A stretch of DNA of 64,000 nt, taken from positions 87,686 through 151,685 of the forward strand of contig JAHBYU010000003.1 of assembly GCA_019635775.1 (NCBI GenBank), in the 5' to 3' direction. Position numbers and translations under genes: made by a program. This stretch comes from Rhizobiaceae bacterium. Lineage in GTDB: Bacteria; Pseudomonadota; Alphaproteobacteria; Rhizobiales; Rhizobiaceae. The notes beneath the pieces are model-generated. The model was given only the letters and a program-made list of their open reading frames with translations, ran no database searches and had not been told where the DNA came from. Shown here piece by piece: positions 37,873 to 46,033 of the stretch; the first letter of the stretch is position 1; each line of letters begins with the position of its first letter.

Positions 37873-37919
37873 GAGCATGACCCTGTCCGAAAAGTCTGCA
37901 ACTTTTCGGGATCATGCTC
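37873..37919. repeat. intercistronic REP-like hairpin between dmmB and dmmC
   Basis: GAGCATGA pairs with TCATGCTC (8 bp), and CCGAAAAGT pairs with ACTTTTCGG (9 bp). They are separated by a small internal loop, and the apical loop is CTGCA. The hairpin occupies most of the 71-nt gap. Confidence 0.65.
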
Positions 37920-37921
37920 TC

Positions 37922-38890
37922 TTACCTTTCCAAGACGAGCGACTTGCCCTCGAAGCGCGACACGCAGGGCATGATCTTGCGGCCCGACGCGCGATCCTCG
38001 TCGGACAGCCAATGGTCGTTGTGCAGGAATGTTCCGTCATGCGAGACGACGTTGGTCTCGCACTGGCCGCAGACGCCGCCGCGGCATAGATAGGGCGGGT
38101 CGACGCCGGCCGCCTCGATAGCCTCCAGCAGGCTCTGCTGCTCGCCGACGCGGATGGTCTTGCCGGACAAGGCGAGCGTCACGTCGAACGGCTTGCCGGG
38201 CTGCGGCGCGGAGAAGTGCTCGAAATGCACGTTTTCCGTCGGCCAGCCGAGCGCGGCTGCGCGCCCGCGCACCCAGTCGATCATCGGCGCGGGGCCGCAC
38301 ACATAAAGATGCGTGCCGAGCGGCTGGGAGGTGAGCAGGCGGTCGAGCGCGATCTTCTCGCCACGGTCGTCGTGATAGAGATGCACGCGCTTGCCGTAGC
38401 GTTCCCGCAGGAGATCGCCATAGGTGAACAGCGCGGCGGTGCGACAGGCATAGTGCAACTCGAAATTGCCGCCCTCGGCGGCAAGCTGCGCCGTCTGCGC
38501 CACGAAGGGCGTGATGCCGATGCCGCCGGCGATCATCAGGTGCTTCTTCGCGCGCAGGTCGAGCGAGAACAGGTTGACCGGATAGGATACGACCATGCGG
38601 TCGCCCGGCTTGACGCGGTTGTGCATGAAGAGCGAACCGCCACGGCCTGCATCGTCGCGGCGCACCGAGATGGTGTATTCGGTCGTGTCGAGCGGCGAGG
38701 ACATCAGCGAATAGGGGTTGAGGCGCGGCGCCTTGCCCTCCTCGCGCATCTCCACCACGACATGCGCGCCGCCCGAGAAGGTGGGCAGCAGGCCGCCTGA
38801 TGTCGGGCGGAAATGGAAGCGCGTGACCAGCTCGTTGACGGGAACGACGTCGGCGACGGTGACGTCGAGCTTGGTGGTTCCGGAACTCAT
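37922..38890 (-). CDS. dmmB: PDR/VanB-type oxidoreductase (FMN, NAD(P)H and 2Fe-2S domains), dimethylamine monooxygenase reductase subunit
   Basis: The flavin-binding region NPYSL resembles the RxYS motif. MIAGGIGITP is the NAD-binding site. C-terminal plant-type ferredoxin CRGGVCGQC...C. The ATG at 38890 overlaps the dmmA stop (ATGA). Confidence 0.85.
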   Translation of the reverse strand: MSSGTTKLDVTVADVVPVNELVTRFHFRPTSGGLLPTFSGGAHVVVEMREEGKAPRLNPYSLMSSPLDTTEYTISVRRDDAGRGGSLFMHNRVKPGDRMVVSYPVNLFSLDLRAKKHLMIAGGIGITPFVAQTAQLAAEGGNFELHYACRTAALFTYGDLLRERYGKRVHLYHDDRGEKIALDRLLTSQPLGTHLYVCGPAPMIDWVRGRAAALGWPTENVHFEHFSAPQPGKPFDVTLALSGKTIRVGEQQSLLEAIEAAGVDPPYLCRGGVCGQCETNVVSHDGTFLHNDHWLSDEDRASGRKIMPCVSRFEGKSLVLER

Positions 38891-39489
38891 GGGAACGCCT
38901 CCTCGACGGGCACCTGCTCGCTGCGGTCCTCCGCGTTGATGCACACGCCCTGGAAGGCGGCGAGCCGGCGCGAGTAATGGTCGCGCACGAAAAGCGTCAG
39001 ACCGCAATGGGCGCAGGTCACGGGCTGCGTGGTGACGTCCTCGGTGATGCCCTTGCAATGCACGCACTGGACGCGCCGCGCCAGCGAGCCGCGATGCTCG
39101 GTCTGGATCGAGGAATGGTCGATGCCGGCCTCGAGAGCGACCTGCATCGCCTGGCCCATGAGACCCTCGGTTCCCGCGAGGTAGACGCGCAGCCCCACAT
39201 GGGCGGTCGCCAGGGTCTGGCGCAGGCGCGGCAGCGCGGCGGCGATGGAGGGACCCTCGTAGAAACGGGCCGGCGTGAGCCCCTTCAGCGCGGCGACGTA
39301 GCGATCGCCCGTGGCGCGCGGGATGAAGACGATCTCGGCGGCGGAGAAGAACCCCTCCGGCGCGGCCTTGGCGAGGTCGAGGATCGCCTGCGCGCCTTCG
39401 GCGTCGGCGATCAACAGATGTTCGGTGCCCTTCTGGGGCGAGAGCGTGCCGTAGACGGGCCTGCTCTTGATCGTCGGTTCAATCGGCAA
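38887..39489 (-). CDS. dmmA: dimethylamine monooxygenase small subunit (Cys-rich C-terminus)
   Basis: C-terminal CVHCKG....CAHCG zinc-ribbon-like motif. It lies between the GcvT-like gene and the reductase gene. The start is uncertain: TTG at 39489 with GGAAAGG upstream is the first start-type codon after the dmmD stop. The ORF track's 286-aa form overlaps dmmD. Confidence 0.65.
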   Translation of the reverse strand: MPIEPTIKSRPVYGTLSPQKGTEHLLIADAEGAQAILDLAKAAPEGFFSAAEIVFIPRATGDRYVAALKGLTPARFYEGPSIAAALPRLRQTLATAHVGLRVYLAGTEGLMGQAMQVALEAGIDHSSIQTEHRGSLARRVQCVHCKGITEDVTTQPVTCAHCGLTLFVRDHYSRRLAAFQGVCINAEDRSEQVPVEEAFP

Positions 39490-39538
39490 TTCCGGCCTTT
39501 CCCTATTATCCTGAAGCCTGTCCCTCCCGATTTTCGCG

Positions 39539-40672
39539 TCAGCCTTTCGCCGTGCGCTTGGTCTTCTTCGGATCGTCGAAGGGCAGAGGCTGCGCCGTCG
39601 CCTTGATGATGCCACTGCGGTTGTGGATTTCAAGCGGCGTGCCCTGCACCGCCGTGTCGACCGACAGGCGCGCGATGCCCATCGATTTCTTGACCAGCGG
39701 CGAATACATGGCGCAGGTGACGACGCCGACCTGAGTGCCGCCAGCATGCACCGGCGCCCCCTCGTCGGCCGGCTCGGTGCCTTCCAACAGCACGCCGTAG
39801 ATCTTGAAGCGCTCCTTGCCCTTCAGGCGGTAGTGCTCCTCGGCGCCGCGGAAGCCGGTCTTGCCGGGGCTGACGGTGAAGTCGAGGCCCAGTTCCCAAA
39901 GCGTGTCGCCGGGGCCTTCGTCGTCGAACGGGTATTTCTGGCTGTTGTCGTACGGATAGAAGAGCAGGTAGCTCTCGACGCGCAGCATGTCGAGCGTCGT
40001 GAACCGGCAGGGGATGATGCCCATCGGCTTGCCTTCCTCCAGGATGCGATCCCAGATGGCGACGGCGTCCTGCCCGCGGCAGAAGATCTCGTAGCCGCGC
40101 TCGCCGGTGTAGCCGGTGCGCGAGATCATGACCGGGAAACCGAAGAGCTGCGTCTGCATGTGATGGAAGTAGGGCAGGTCGCGGATGCCCGGCACGTGCT
40201 TGGCGAGGTAGTCGACCGCGAGCGGACCCTGCAGCGAGAGGTCGTGCAGATTGTCGTCGAACCGGATGGAGACATCCTTGCCCTGCGCGGCGCGCGTCAG
40301 TTCCTCGTGGCCGGTGCCCGAGCCGTGCACGACCATCCAGGAGTTGGGGCTGAGGCGGTAGATGATGCAGTCATCGGTGAACTTGCCGGCTTCGTTGAGC
40401 ATGCAGGCATAGGCCGACTTGCCGGGATAGATCTTCTCCGGGTCGCGCGTGGTGGTGATGTCGATCAGGTGCTGCGCGTGCGCGCCGGTGATGTGGACCT
40501 TCTTGAGGCCCGACACGTCCATCAGGCCAGCCTTGGTGCGGATGGCAATGTATTCCTCGTTCGGGTCGCCGGAATAGCTCCATGCGGTCCCCATGCCGCT
40601 CCAGTCCTCGAGGTTTGAACCGAGCGCCTTGTGGCGGTCGATCAGCGTCGAAAATCTCCACGAACGGGTCAT
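39539..40672 (-). CDS. dmmD: GcvT-like aminomethyltransferase-fold, tetrahydrofolate-binding subunit
   Basis: GcvT-family pattern (HKALGSNLEDWSGM....DVSGLKKVHITG...TGYTGERGYEIF). ATG at 40672 is preceded by GGGAGAA. The alternative ATG at 40690 has no Shine-Dalgarno (SD) sequence. Confidence 0.85.
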   Translation of the reverse strand: MTRSWRFSTLIDRHKALGSNLEDWSGMGTAWSYSGDPNEEYIAIRTKAGLMDVSGLKKVHITGAHAQHLIDITTTRDPEKIYPGKSAYACMLNEAGKFTDDCIIYRLSPNSWMVVHGSGTGHEELTRAAQGKDVSIRFDDNLHDLSLQGPLAVDYLAKHVPGIRDLPYFHHMQTQLFGFPVMISRTGYTGERGYEIFCRGQDAVAIWDRILEEGKPMGIIPCRFTTLDMLRVESYLLFYPYDNSQKYPFDDEGPGDTLWELGLDFTVSPGKTGFRGAEEHYRLKGKERFKIYGVLLEGTEPADEGAPVHAGGTQVGVVTCAMYSPLVKKSMGIARLSVDTAVQGTPLEIHNRSGIIKATAQPLPFDDPKKTKRTAKG

Positions 40673-40969
40673 CCGGATTCTCCCTGGCATTCAGTCGCTT
40701 TTGTGTGCGGTGGAGCCGTTCCCCCAGCTCCTTCCGCCTGCCAAATACTGCCCCCATTTCGTCGCCCAGCGCAATACTGGGGTGCAAAATGTTTTCCTGA
40801 CAGGCAAATGATCCGCGTGGCGGCAACGGACGAATGACTGTTACATGTGCAAATGCATCGAATTGATGCAGCGCAGCATATGCGACAGCTTGACGCATAA
40901 GCCGAACGGGATGACATTCCTGCAAGGCAAGATGTTTTCATGACAATCAAATGCCTTGGGGAGGGACTA

Positions 40970-41290
40970 ATGGAAGCGAGACTCGCCGAGAGAACGGATG
41001 CGCGCACGCTGGAAGCGCGCATTCACCAGATGCACCAGCGTGACCGATGGGGAGCGATCGCCTTTGTCGTGGCGCTCTGGGTCGTGGTGCTTTTCGCGTT
41101 GGTCACCATGTGGCCGCTTATCGAAAACGGGACGATTAAGACGGTCCTGACGATCGCCGCGGCGCTTGTCCTGTCGTTCAACACCGCCGCCATCGCGGCG
41201 ATGCTCAGGCACTACCACGACGACAAGTCGTTCATCTATGGCCTCGACATCATGCATCTCGACGAGATGCGCCGACGCAAGCGGCGCTAG
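40970..41290 (+). CDS. small membrane protein (about 106 aa, 2 TM), unknown function
   Basis: ATG at 40970 is preceded by the strong SD sequence GGGGAGGG (alternative ATG at 40940). It has two hydrophobic helices and a basic C-terminus (RRRKRR). Confidence 0.55.
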   Translation: MEARLAERTDARTLEARIHQMHQRDRWGAIAFVVALWVVVLFALVTMWPLIENGTIKTVLTIAAALVLSFNTAAIAAMLRHYHDDKSFIYGLDIMHLDEMRRRKRR

Positions 41291-41303
41291 GAGGATAAGG
41301 AAA

Positions 41304-41687
41304 ATGGCATATCAACCTCCGAAACAGGGCCTTGTGGGACAGATCGTCGACGTCTTCGTTCTCCTGGTCCTCACCGTGGGCGCGCTTTACCTCCCGCTCT
41401 ACCTGGGCCTCGCGGGCGCCGCCAAGACACCCCAGCCGCTGGAGAACCCCACATGGGAGGCTCTCGGCCAGAACGCCGCCGAGCAGCAGCAATGGGCGGC
41501 GCTTGGCTACCCCGACGCCGCTTCGGCCAACGAGATGATCACGGCCCGCTTCGACTACACCTTCAGCTGGACCGCGCTCATCGTCATGGCAGTCGTCGTG
41601 ATCGGCTATTTCGTTCTCGTCGTGCGCCTCTCCGAGAAGGAGTACCGCGAGGTAATCGCCGAACGCTTCGGCGACCGTAAGAACTAG
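41304..41687 (+). CDS. small membrane protein (127 aa, 2 TM), unknown function
   Basis: ATG at 41304 lies 13 nt after the previous stop, with GGAGGATAAGG upstream. Two TM helices flank a soluble loop. Confidence 0.55.
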   Translation: MAYQPPKQGLVGQIVDVFVLLVLTVGALYLPLYLGLAGAAKTPQPLENPTWEALGQNAAEQQQWAALGYPDAASANEMITARFDYTFSWTALIVMAVVVIGYFVLVVRLSEKEYREVIAERFGDRKN

Positions 41688-41696
41688 GAGGCGGCG

Positions 41697-41864
41697 ATGG
41701 ATATCTGGAACTATCTCGAATATGCGGCCTGGGCGCTTTCGGCACTCGTCGCCGCCATCATGCTCCTCGACATGTTCAGGATCGATACGACCTACGACAA
41801 CGAACTTCTGACGTCATCGCGCGAGGGGGAACTCGAGCTGACGCAAGAACGTCACGAGCTCTGA
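41697..41864 (+). CDS. mini membrane protein (55 aa, 1 TM), absent from the ORF track
   Basis: My own translation is MDIWNYLEYAAWALSALVAAIMLLDMFRIDTTYDNELLTSSREGELELTQERHEL*. AGGAGG lies 5 nt upstream. It fills the gap between neighbouring genes exactly (9 nt and 10 nt spacers). Confidence 0.5.
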   Translation: MDIWNYLEYAAWALSALVAAIMLLDMFRIDTTYDNELLTSSREGELELTQERHEL

Positions 41865-41874
41865 GGACAAATCA

Positions 41875-43269
41875 ATGAGCAATACAACTGCAGCAGCGGC
41901 GCAGGAGCGCCTTGGTCTCCTGCGCGTTCTCGGCCCCGGCCACGTCTGGGCGCTGGGCGTCGGCATCGTGCTTGTCGGCGAGTACATGGGATGGAACTTT
42001 TCCGTGGGCAAAGGCGGGATGATCGCCGGGCTCGTCGCCTGCTGGGTGGCGGGACTTCTCTACACCTGCGTGGCGATGATCGATTCGGAGGTGACGTCGA
42101 CGGTCGCCGCGGCTGGCGGCCAGTACGCGCAGGCCAAGCACATCGTCGGGCCGCTCATGGCCTTTAATGTCGGCCTCTTCCTTGTTATGGCCTACACCAT
42201 GCTGGAGGCGGCCAACGCCATCACGATCGGATTCCTGCTCGACACGGTCGCCGGGATGCTCGGACATAGCGGACTGAACCAGAAGCCGTTCATCATCCTG
42301 ACGATCCTTGCGCTCGCCTGGCTGAACTATCGTGGCGTGCTGGCTTCGCTCAGCTTCAACTTCATCATCACGGCGTTCGCCTTCGTGGCGATCATCGTGC
42401 TGTTCCTGTCTGTACAGTTCGGTGCCTCCGCGGTGCCGCTCGACTTCTCGGCCGTGAGCAACGAACCGCTGCCCTATGGCTGGCTCGGCATCGTTGCGGC
42501 GCTGCATTTCGGGCTGTGGTACTATCTTGGCATCGAGGGGACGTGCCAGGCCGCCGAAGAGGTAAGGTCGCCCGCCCGGTCACTGCCTTTCGGCACGATG
42601 GCCGGCATCATGACGCTGCTGATCGCAGCCACCCTGACCTGGTATGTCTGCTCGGGCCTCATTCCGTGGGAATATCTCGGCAATGCCGGGACGCCGCTCT
42701 TCGACGCGGCCCGTGTCACCGGCAATAGCGGCCTCATGGTGCTCCTCTTCATAGGAACGGCCTTCGCGACAACCGCCTCGGCCAACGGCTGCATCAACGA
42801 CGCGTCGCGCGCCTGGTTCTCCATGGGCCGCGACCGCTATCTGCCGAGCTGGTTCGGTGCCGTGCACCCGCACTACCGGACGCCCTACAGATCGATCGTC
42901 TTCCTCGTTCCGATCGCGCTCATCTTCGCGCTCGGCGCGCCGCTGGACCAGGTCATCACCTTCTCGATCCTGTCGGGACTGCTCGGCTACACGTTCATGA
43001 CCTTCAACATGGTGATGTTCCGCCGCAAATGGCCGCTTGGCACGATCAAGCGCGGTTATGTGCATCCTTGGCATCCGCTGCCTGCACTGCTGCTCCTGCT
43101 CATCTGCGGGGCGACCTACTTCGCGGTGTTCCTCGGCTATGGCACGCAGCTGATAGCGATGCTGAGTTTCTACATCATCGCATCGCTGTGGTTCCATTTC
43201 TGGCGCTACAGGTTCGTTCGGCGCGGAGACCAGTTCACCATGCCTTGGCCCCGGCCGATCGGGTACTGA
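41875..43269 (+). CDS. APC-superfamily amino acid/amine permease (ethanolamine-permease-like)
   Basis: 464 aa, about 12 TM helices. The N-terminal pattern LGPGHVWALGVGIVLVGEYMGWNF is typical of the EAT/APC family. Confidence 0.75.
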   Translation: MSNTTAAAAQERLGLLRVLGPGHVWALGVGIVLVGEYMGWNFSVGKGGMIAGLVACWVAGLLYTCVAMIDSEVTSTVAAAGGQYAQAKHIVGPLMAFNVGLFLVMAYTMLEAANAITIGFLLDTVAGMLGHSGLNQKPFIILTILALAWLNYRGVLASLSFNFIITAFAFVAIIVLFLSVQFGASAVPLDFSAVSNEPLPYGWLGIVAALHFGLWYYLGIEGTCQAAEEVRSPARSLPFGTMAGIMTLLIAATLTWYVCSGLIPWEYLGNAGTPLFDAARVTGNSGLMVLLFIGTAFATTASANGCINDASRAWFSMGRDRYLPSWFGAVHPHYRTPYRSIVFLVPIALIFALGAPLDQVITFSILSGLLGYTFMTFNMVMFRRKWPLGTIKRGYVHPWHPLPALLLLLICGATYFAVFLGYGTQLIAMLSFYIIASLWFHFWRYRFVRRGDQFTMPWPRPIGY

Positions 43270-43303
43270 CGACAGATCAACGGAAAGAGAGGCAAAGCAT
43301 CCC

Positions 43304-44014
43304 ATGCCATCGGCGTTCGAGCAGATCGTCCTTTCAGTCTCGCCCGGTGGCATGGGGCTTATCCTCTTCTCCATTGCAGGCATCGCCCTGCTGGTGGTCT
43401 TCGCGCGCAAGGAACTGCGCGCGGAACTGGGACAGCGCAGGGGACTGCTCGACATGGCCGCCGGCCTTGTCGAGAACCCGCAGCTGACGGTCGGGCGCGA
43501 CGGTTATCCGCAGCTCGACGGAACATGGGGAGAAGACAGGATAAGGCTGGAGGTCGTGTCCGACAGCCTTGTGCCACGTCGCCTGCCCCAGCTCTGGCTG
43601 AAATCGACGCTGCTGACGCGCGAGGAAACTCCGCGCCCGTCGATCGGCGTCCTTGCACGGCCGATCGGAACAGAATTCTATTCGCGTGCGCTGGGCCTGC
43701 CCGACACGCTTGCGCCACCCTTCAATACCGACACGCCGATGCTGATCCGCGGACGCGGCTTGAGCGAAGGGGACCTGCAGGGTGCCGGCGGGATGCTGCG
43801 CGGCCTCTTCGCCGACCCTACGCTGAAAGAGATCGTCATCACGCCGCGCGGCGCGGGGCTTGTGCGCCAGATCGCGCAGGGTGATCGCGGGGCGCACGTT
43901 CTCTACAGGCAGATACGCTTTCCAGTTACCCACGTGCCGCCGGACCTGGTGCGCAACGCGCTTGCCGAACTGCGTCTGCTCAACGAGGCTCTCAAGCCGG
44001 CAGCTTCAGCCTGA
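43304..44014 (+). CDS. hypothetical membrane-anchored protein (236 aa)
   Basis: One N-terminal TM helix (GMGLILFSIAGIALLVVFA) followed by a soluble domain. No family recognised. Confidence 0.5.
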   Translation: MPSAFEQIVLSVSPGGMGLILFSIAGIALLVVFARKELRAELGQRRGLLDMAAGLVENPQLTVGRDGYPQLDGTWGEDRIRLEVVSDSLVPRRLPQLWLKSTLLTREETPRPSIGVLARPIGTEFYSRALGLPDTLAPPFNTDTPMLIRGRGLSEGDLQGAGGMLRGLFADPTLKEIVITPRGAGLVRQIAQGDRGAHVLYRQIRFPVTHVPPDLVRNALAELRLLNEALKPAASA

Positions 44015-44024
44015 AGGAACGGTC

Positions 44025-44306
44025 ATGACACAGCCTCTCAGTCCGCGTCTTGTCCTCTTGCTGGCGATTTTGCTGCCCGGTGCGGGTCATGTCGCGATCG
44101 GGCAGGTCCAGCGCGGCCTCTGTTTCCTGCTCTTCGCCATCCTGCTGATGATTGTCACCTATGCGACGACAACGCCCGACATTTCCTTCATAGGGCGTCA
44201 TGCCGGCGGACTGTTTGTCTGGGCGCTTTCCATCACCGACGCCTATCGCCTGGCACGGATCAGGCAGGAGGCTTTCCGCCGGCTTGCGGTCGGGCCGGAG
44301 GCCTAG
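44025..44306 (+). CDS. small membrane protein (93 aa)
   Basis: ATG at 44025, 10 nt after the previous stop. LLPGAGHVAIGQVQRG motif followed by TM helices. Confidence 0.5.
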   Translation: MTQPLSPRLVLLLAILLPGAGHVAIGQVQRGLCFLLFAILLMIVTYATTTPDISFIGRHAGGLFVWALSITDAYRLARIRQEAFRRLAVGPEA

Positions 44307-44431
44307 AGACCGGTCGCGTCAGTATTGCGAGATTAATTTTCAGGAATATTTTTTTCATGACAGTTGAAACTTTTCAGACCATTCGCTAGAAGACCTGAAA
44401 GAACGCTCTCCTGCCAGGAAAGGGGAATGCC

Positions 44432-45328
44432 ATGTGCGGAATTGTTGGCCTGTTTCTGAAGGACAAGTCGCTTGAGCCCAAGCTCGGCGAGATGTTGTCC
44501 GAGATGCTCATAACCATGACTGATCGGGGGCCGGACAGCGCCGGTATCGCCATCTACGGCTCGGGCGAAACGAAGAAGAGCAAGATCACCATACAATCGG
44601 CCGATCCGGAGCAGGATTTCGCCGGTCTGACGAAGGATCTGGCCGGCAAGATCGGCGGCGCTCCGGAGGTTGTCGTCAAGTCGACGCATGCCGTGATCGA
44701 AGTGCCGACCGACAAGGTGGCCGAGGCACGCGAGGCAATCCTCGAATTGCGCCCGTCCGTGCGCATCATGGGCGTCGGCGAGGTCATCGAGATATTCAAG
44801 GAGGTGGGCCTTCCGGCGGAAGTCGTCAAGCGCTTCGACCTGACGAAGATGTCCGGCACGCATGGCATCGGCCACACCCGCATGGCGACCGAAAGCGCCG
44901 TGACGACGATGGGCGCGCATCCCTTCTCGACCGGCCCGGACGAGTGCCTCGTGCACAATGGTTCGTTGTCCAACCACAACAATGTGCGCCGCGAGCTGAA
45001 GCATGACGGCATGACTTTCGAGACGGAGAACGACACCGAGGTCGCTGCCGCCTACATCTCCAACAAGATGGCTCATGGCGACAATCTCGGGCAGGCGCTG
45101 GAGAAGACCCTGACCGACCTCGACGGCTTCTTCACCTTCGTGGTTGGCACAAAGAACGGCTTCGGCGTCGTGCGCGACCCGATCGCCTGCAAGCCCGCCG
45201 TCATGGCCGAGACCGACCAGTATGTCGCCTTCGGTTCCGAGTATCGCGCCCTCGCCAACCTGCCCGGCATCGAGAATGCCAGGGTCTGGGAACCCGAGCC
45301 GGCAAAGGTCTATTTCTGGGAGCATTGA
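44432..45328 (+). CDS. mgsA: N-methylglutamate synthase subunit A (class-II glutamine amidotransferase domain)
   Basis: N-terminal MCGIV (catalytic Cys of the Ntn amidotransferase). It is the first gene of a three-gene split GltB-like set. Confidence 0.85.
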   Translation: MCGIVGLFLKDKSLEPKLGEMLSEMLITMTDRGPDSAGIAIYGSGETKKSKITIQSADPEQDFAGLTKDLAGKIGGAPEVVVKSTHAVIEVPTDKVAEAREAILELRPSVRIMGVGEVIEIFKEVGLPAEVVKRFDLTKMSGTHGIGHTRMATESAVTTMGAHPFSTGPDECLVHNGSLSNHNNVRRELKHDGMTFETENDTEVAAAYISNKMAHGDNLGQALEKTLTDLDGFFTFVVGTKNGFGVVRDPIACKPAVMAETDQYVAFGSEYRALANLPGIENARVWEPEPAKVYFWEH

Positions 45329-46014
45329 TGCCTACGGTCGATCTATCCAAATCATCCCTGCGTGAACTCAACCAGGCACTCCATGACATCAAGCCGGGGT
45401 CGAACGAGACCTCGTGGGAAGTGGTCAATCCGAAAGGAAGCCATTCGGTCGCCGTTGGGGTCGACCAGCCCGTTTCCGTCGATGTGCGCGGCTCGGTCGG
45501 CTATTATTGCGCCGGCATGAACAATGGCGGGACAATCACCGTGCACGGCTCCGCCGGGCCCGGCGTTGCCGAAAACATGATGTCGGGCACCGTTGTCGTG
45601 AAGGGGGACGCCAGCCAGTACGCCGGCGCGACCGGACGCGGCGGCCTGCTTGTCATCGAGGGCAACGCGTCTTCGCGTTGCGGCATCTCGATGAAAGGCA
45701 TCAATATCGTCGTGCATGGCAATATCGGCCACATGTCTGCCTTCATGGCGCAGTCCGGCAGTCTCGTCGTGCTCGGCGACGCAGGCGACGCGTTGGGAGA
45801 TTCGATCTACGAGGCGAAGCTTTTCGTGCGCGGCAAGGTGAAGAGCCTTGGCGCGGACTGCGTGAAGAAGAAGATGCATCCCAAGCATATCGAGCGGTTG
45901 CAGAAGCTGCTCGACGCGGCCGGCGTGAAGGATGTGAAGCCGGAGGAGTTCACGCGCTACGGATCGGCCCGCACGCTTTACAATTTCAACATCGACAACG
46001 CTGACGCATACTAG
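45328..46014 (+). CDS. mgsB: N-methylglutamate synthase subunit B (GXGXG-motif, GltB C-terminal-domain-like)
   Basis: Repeated beta-helix glycine motifs (VRGSVGYYCAGMNNGGTITVHGSAGPGV...). ATG at 45328 overlaps the mgsA stop (TGATG). The ORF track starts one codon earlier, at a TTG. Confidence 0.85.
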   Translation: MPTVDLSKSSLRELNQALHDIKPGSNETSWEVVNPKGSHSVAVGVDQPVSVDVRGSVGYYCAGMNNGGTITVHGSAGPGVAENMMSGTVVVKGDASQYAGATGRGGLLVIEGNASSRCGISMKGINIVVHGNIGHMSAFMAQSGSLVVLGDAGDALGDSIYEAKLFVRGKVKSLGADCVKKKMHPKHIERLQKLLDAAGVKDVKPEEFTRYGSARTLYNFNIDNADAY

Positions 46015-46033
46015 GAAGCGGACGAGGGGCACC

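Noticed and set aside
34009-37919. Whether the repeated hairpin elements could be a CRISPR array.
   Set aside because: There are only two related copies, 2.5 kb apart. They are not regularly spaced, are internally palindromic over 40 nt, and have no cas genes nearby. This is inconsistent with CRISPR.
36786-40618. Long plus-strand ORFs at 36786..37856 (356 aa) and 39623..40618 (331 aa), with smaller ones across the dmm operon.
   Set aside because: They are antisense to dmmC and dmmD. Their composition (Arg/Asp/His/Val-rich, with runs of charged residues) is typical of reverse-frame translation of high-GC genes.
40685-40699. Sigma-54-like TGGCAT-N5-CGCT on the plus strand in the dmmD/membrane-operon divergent region.
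   Set aside because: The GG to GC spacing is one nucleotide short of the consensus. The -12 element is CGC rather than TTGC. It also overlaps the alternative dmmD start. I see no enhancer-binding protein gene nearby.
44307-44431. AT-rich spacer before mgsA with a near-palindrome (CTTTTCAGACC ... GACCTGAAAGA), considered as an operator or riboswitch.
   Set aside because: The symmetry is imperfect and short, and I recognise no known motif class. It is worth a footprinting look, but I do not report it as a feature.
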